A stretch of 64,000 bases of DNA from Eubacteriales bacterium (GTDB lineage Bacteria; Bacillota; Clostridia; Oscillospirales; QAKW01), in assembly GCA_045541455.1 (NCBI GenBank), contig JAZQJA010000019.1, positions 22,387 through 86,386 of the forward strand, written 5' to 3'. The position numbers were made by a program, and so were the translations under genes. Shown piece by piece: positions 60,460 through 64,000 of the stretch (position 1 is its first letter; each line of letters opens with the position of its first letter). The notes beneath the pieces are model-generated. The model made no database searches. It saw nothing but the letters and a program-made list of their open reading frames with translations, and had not been told where the DNA came from.

Positions 60460-61371
60460 TTATATATCCAGTATACCGAGTATCAGTATACCTGCAATTG
60501 TAACTGCAATTGATATGTAATGTTTTACAGATAATTTTTCTTTAAGGAACAGTCTGCTCCATAAAACGCTTGCAACACAGTAAGCAGAGATAATAGGTGC
60601 AGCATACATAACATGGTCTTCATCACCGATAGCATAGATGTATGCAAACTGACCTGCAGTTTCAAAAATAGCACCTACATATTTAGGTCCCTCAGCCTTT
60701 GGTAGTAAAGGCTGCTTTTTAATGATAACTGTGTATATAAATGCGATAATACCTGCAAAAAGGAAAGTAAGTTCGTAAGCAACATTTGCCGAGTCTTCAT
60801 TTAAATTCTGTAAAACAAGGCTGTCAGCAAAGGTGCCTGCCGCGTCGAGTACACAATACAAAACAGGAAGCACTATAGCAAGCGCCGACTTTGCGTATTT
60901 ATAATTGCTTTTCATCTGGCGTGCAAGGCGTAACTCCTCGTCCTCATGCGCTTCGACAAACCCAAGCCCCAAAACGCCGGCACATACGGCAATCATTGCT
61001 ACAAGCGCCCAAATTCCGTTGCCTTCAAGAGTTAATTCACCCATAAAAATATAACACAGAGCAACCAGTGCACCCGAACCGTTACAAATAGGGCTTGAAA
61101 TTGAAAGTTCAATATATCTTAGAGATATATATCCCATAAGCATTGATACTATGTAAAGGATTGATACGGGAAGGTAGGTCAGAATAATATCAAAACTTAT
61201 CTCAACCTTACCTATAAAAACTTCGTACGCCGCGTGTAAACCCATTATTACACCAACTGCGGTGACCATTTTAAATTGTGAATATTTGTCGTTGCCCCTG
61301 CAACCGATTTTTGAAAAAAGGTCAGACCCTGACCAGCACAAAAGTGCCAAAATTGAAAAAATAAACCACAT
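60460..61371 (-). CDS. EamA/DMT family transporter
   Basis: about 10 TMs, WSGSDLFSK, SPI, SRLFLKEKL. Confidence 0.8.
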   Translation of the reverse strand: MWFIFSILALLCWSGSDLFSKIGCRGNDKYSQFKMVTAVGVIMGLHAAYEVFIGKVEISFDIILTYLPVSILYIVSMLMGYISLRYIELSISSPICNGSGALVALCYIFMGELTLEGNGIWALVAMIAVCAGVLGLGFVEAHEDEELRLARQMKSNYKYAKSALAIVLPVLYCVLDAAGTFADSLVLQNLNEDSANVAYELTFLFAGIIAFIYTVIIKKQPLLPKAEGPKYVGAIFETAGQFAYIYAIGDEDHVMYAAPIISAYCVASVLWSRLFLKEKLSVKHYISIAVTIAGILILGILDI

Positions 61372-61406
61372 AATTTTATTACAACCTTTCTTTTTTTACA
61401 AAAAAG

Positions 61407-62441
61407 CTACTTTATTGTTCCGCCGCCGATAACAGTGTCACCGATGTAAACAACCGCTGCCTGACCCGGCGTTATAGCGCGCTGAGGTGTTTCAAACTCA
61501 ATAAATACGCGTTTTCCGTTGTCAAGCGGAGTGACGGTGGCTGCAGCCTCTTTTGCTTTATAACGTGTTTTAACCAAAGCTTTGAAAGGTTGGTTGGGAG
61601 GCGCGAAAGCAACCCAATTAAAGTCCCACGTTTCAAGATTATCAGTGAACAATTGCTTGCTTTCGCATAGCACCACACGGTTTTGCTGCAAATCCTTTTT
61701 TAGCACATACATAGGGCAAGGCAAGGCAAGCCCTAATCCTTTGCGCTGACCTACCGTGTAGCGTATAATACCGCGGTGCTTTCCTAAAACATTACCTTTT
61801 GTGTCAACAAAGTCACCTGCGGGATAATTCTTTTTGGTGTATCTTTCGATAAAAGCGGCATAATCGCCGTCCGGAACAAAACATATATCCTGACTGTCAG
61901 ACTTGTTTGCATTTACAAACGAAAGTTTATCAGCATACTCACGCACGGCACTTTTTTCAAGGTTTCCAAGCGGTAAAAGAGTGCGTGAAAGTTCGTCTTG
62001 TGTCAGCGAATAGAGTACATAACTTTGGTCTTTAGTACTGTCAAGACCCTTTTTAAGTAAAAACCTGCCGTCTTGCTCTACAATTCTGGCATAGTGTCCC
62101 GTTACTATATGCGAACAGCCAAGTTCAGCCGCTTTATTGAGCAGGGTTTTGAATTTTATGTGTTTGTTGCATTCAATGCATGGGTTTGGTGTCAGTCCAT
62201 TTTCGTATGCTGATACAAAACGGTCAATAACTTCTTTTTCAAAGTCACCCGAAAAATCAAACACATAATGGGGAATATCAAGCGAAAGTGCAACTTTTTT
62301 TGCATCTTCTGCATCATTTTCGCCGCAACCGTGTAAACGCATTGTAGCACCTATACACTCAAATCCCTCGTTTTTTATAATGGCAGCGGCAACAGAACTG
62401 TCAACGCCGCCGCTCATTGCGATTAAAGCTTTTTTAGTCAT
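61407..62441 (-). CDS. mnmA: tRNA 2-thiouridylase
   Basis: MSGGVDSS, TPNPCIECN, TGHYA, KDQSY, SQDICF, TPGQA. Confidence 0.95.
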   Translation of the reverse strand: MTKKALIAMSGGVDSSVAAAIIKNEGFECIGATMRLHGCGENDAEDAKKVALSLDIPHYVFDFSGDFEKEVIDRFVSAYENGLTPNPCIECNKHIKFKTLLNKAAELGCSHIVTGHYARIVEQDGRFLLKKGLDSTKDQSYVLYSLTQDELSRTLLPLGNLEKSAVREYADKLSFVNANKSDSQDICFVPDGDYAAFIERYTKKNYPAGDFVDTKGNVLGKHRGIIRYTVGQRKGLGLALPCPMYVLKKDLQQNRVVLCESKQLFTDNLETWDFNWVAFAPPNQPFKALVKTRYKAKEAAATVTPLDNGKRVFIEFETPQRAITPGQAAVVYIGDTVIGGGTIK

Positions 62442-63126
62442 TTATTTTTCTTATAATACCCATAGGTGTTTGCTGGCGTGATTGACCAAGTGGATTGTCA
62501 CGCAGAACCTTTGCATAAAACTCTCTGTCAAAACTATCGTCGGATATGCCAAGGATAACACCATCAATATCGTTAATGTCAACTATAAGTACATCAAACC
62601 CAATACGCTCTTTAATAGACTTTGCAACGTGGTCGGGATTAACAGGACCAAGTACAACGTAGTTATTATACGGAGGTATTGTGCAGTCACACGGACCGTC
62701 GATAGAACGTGCCTTAGCTCCTAAGATATCATAGAATATGCCGCGCTTGCCGACAAGTTTACCGCAAGCCGAACAAAAAGCGGCAAACAATACTTTGATA
62801 GTACCACACTCACGAAGCGCCATTTCCATCGTCTGCGGAATTGAAAGCCCTATTCCGTATGGTGATTTGTATACAAATTTACATAATAATTTAGCAAGCG
62901 CACGGGGTTTTATTTCATCCATAGGAATTGCCCTGCGCTGAGTGCAGGCAACACACTTTTCTGAAATAAAAAGAATGTCTCCCTCTTTAATTACATCTTT
63001 TGTGTACTGTTCTGCAACGTCTCTTATGTCATCTTTGTCAGTGATGATATGTGTTTTTATCGGATAACGCTCAAACTGTTTGCCGTCAACCTCTATTACA
63101 AGGTTTTTATTTTCATTAACCTGCAT
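62434..63126 (-). CDS. CofE-like (F420-0:gamma-glutamyl ligase family) protein
   Basis: IKTHII, ISEKCVAC.Q.R, IDG, IVDIND, DNPLGQ..QQTP. Confidence 0.7.
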   Translation of the reverse strand: MQVNENKNLVIEVDGKQFERYPIKTHIITDKDDIRDVAEQYTKDVIKEGDILFISEKCVACTQRRAIPMDEIKPRALAKLLCKFVYKSPYGIGLSIPQTMEMALRECGTIKVLFAAFCSACGKLVGKRGIFYDILGAKARSIDGPCDCTIPPYNNYVVLGPVNPDHVAKSIKERIGFDVLIVDINDIDGVILGISDDSFDREFYAKVLRDNPLGQSRQQTPMGIIRKIND

Positions 63127-63213
63127 TTTTAACTCTCCTATTAATTATTAAATATATTGTATGTATTTTTATACCATTTTGTCAATCTTTTTAAAAAAAT
63201 AATATTAATTTGA

Positions 63214-63252
63214 TTGACATATAGTTGGTATAGTTGTATAATTGTATACAAT
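63214..63252 (+). promoter_or_regulatory. sigma-A promoter with overlapping palindromic operator
   Basis: TTGACA-17 bp-TATAAT; ATTGTATACAAT palindrome 63241-63252. Confidence 0.75.
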
Positions 63253-63275
63253 TTTTAAGAAAGGCTGGTATAAAA

Positions 63276-64000
63276 ATGCTCGAACTTTCATCAAAGACAA
63301 ATCTGCTTGAGCAGGATAATTATAAATATGACCTGCAGGATGTTGAAAAACCGGAACTGTACCGTGAGATGTATAGTTATGAAGACGTGCCTAAGGTTGC
63401 GTTTAACCATCGCCGTGTTCCGCTTTCAATGCCTGAAGATATATGGATAACCGATACATCGTTCCGCGACGGTCAGCAGTCTGTAAACCCTTATACTGCC
63501 GACCAGATTGTAGATTTATACAAACTAATGTCAAAACTGGGCGGACCGTATGGCATAATACGTCAGACCGAATTTTTTATTTACAGTAAAAAGGATAGGG
63601 AAGCTATTAACAGGTGTATGGACCTTGGCTTAAAATTCCCCGAAATTACAACTTGGATAAGGGCAAGCCGCGAGGACTTTAAACTTGTAAAAGACCTTGG
63701 TATCCGTGAAACAGGTATTCTTGTAAGTTGCAGTGACTACCATATCTTTAAGAAGCTCAAAATGACACGCCGTCAGGCGATGGAACATTATCTAGCAACG
63801 GTGCGCGACGCATTTGATGCAGGTGTTATGCCCCGCTGTCATCTAGAAGATATTACCCGTGCCGACTTTTATGGTTTTGTTGTTCCGTTTGTTAACGAAC
63901 TTATGAAAATGTCGCGTGAAGCAAAAATACCGGTGCGTATCCGTGCGTGTGATACCATGGGCTACGGCGTACCGTATACAGAGGTTGCGCTGCCGCGCAG
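63276..64000 (+). CDS. DRE-TIM metallolyase, Re-citrate synthase-like (LeuA family); truncated by window end
   Basis: own translation: MLELSSKTNLLEQ...IWITDTSFRDGQQ...SCSDYHIF...RCHLEDITRAD...CDTMGYG. Confidence 0.85.
   Translation, partial: MLELSSKTNLLEQDNYKYDLQDVEKPELYREMYSYEDVPKVAFNHRRVPLSMPEDIWITDTSFRDGQQSVNPYTADQIVDLYKLMSKLGGPYGIIRQTEFFIYSKKDREAINRCMDLGLKFPEITTWIRASREDFKLVKDLGIRETGILVSCSDYHIFKKLKMTRRQAMEHYLATVRDAFDAGVMPRCHLEDITRADFYGFVVPFVNELMKMSREAKIPVRIRACDTMGYGVPYTEVALPR

Overview
Low-GC chromosomal segment of a spore-forming Firmicute, most likely Clostridia (dpaAB, spoIIR, an SLH protein, sigma-A TTGACA/TATAAT promoters). Housekeeping blocks: a complete his operon headed by a TrpR-like (YerC/HisR) regulator, glyQS, rpmH-rnpA-yidD-yidC-jag-mnmE (without dnaA or mnmG next to it), a 9-gene A/V-type ATPase operon, putP, ispE, mnmA and the start of a Re-citrate synthase-like gene. 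No rRNA, tRNA, CRISPR array, integrase or transposase is recognisable. Main points of interest: (1) a recurring pair of a secreted metzincin (matrixin-like) protease and a small lipoprotein with a TIMP/NTR-like motif pattern; it occurs twice, with two further orphan lipoprotein paralogs, and one pair sits in an integrase-less island flanked by a 113/114-bp duplication of the dpaB 3' end; (2) a ~380-bp non-coding element with inverted ends and mirror arrays of GTGATATT/AATATCAC + mini-hairpin units; (3) an operon of three SPFH (HflK/HflC-like) genes with an atypical P1B-ATPase, preceded by a long hairpin and palindromes; (4) tandem solute-binding lipoprotein paralogs with near-identical patches, the first broken by a single in-frame TAA. 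All functional calls come from motifs read by eye; no database search was run.
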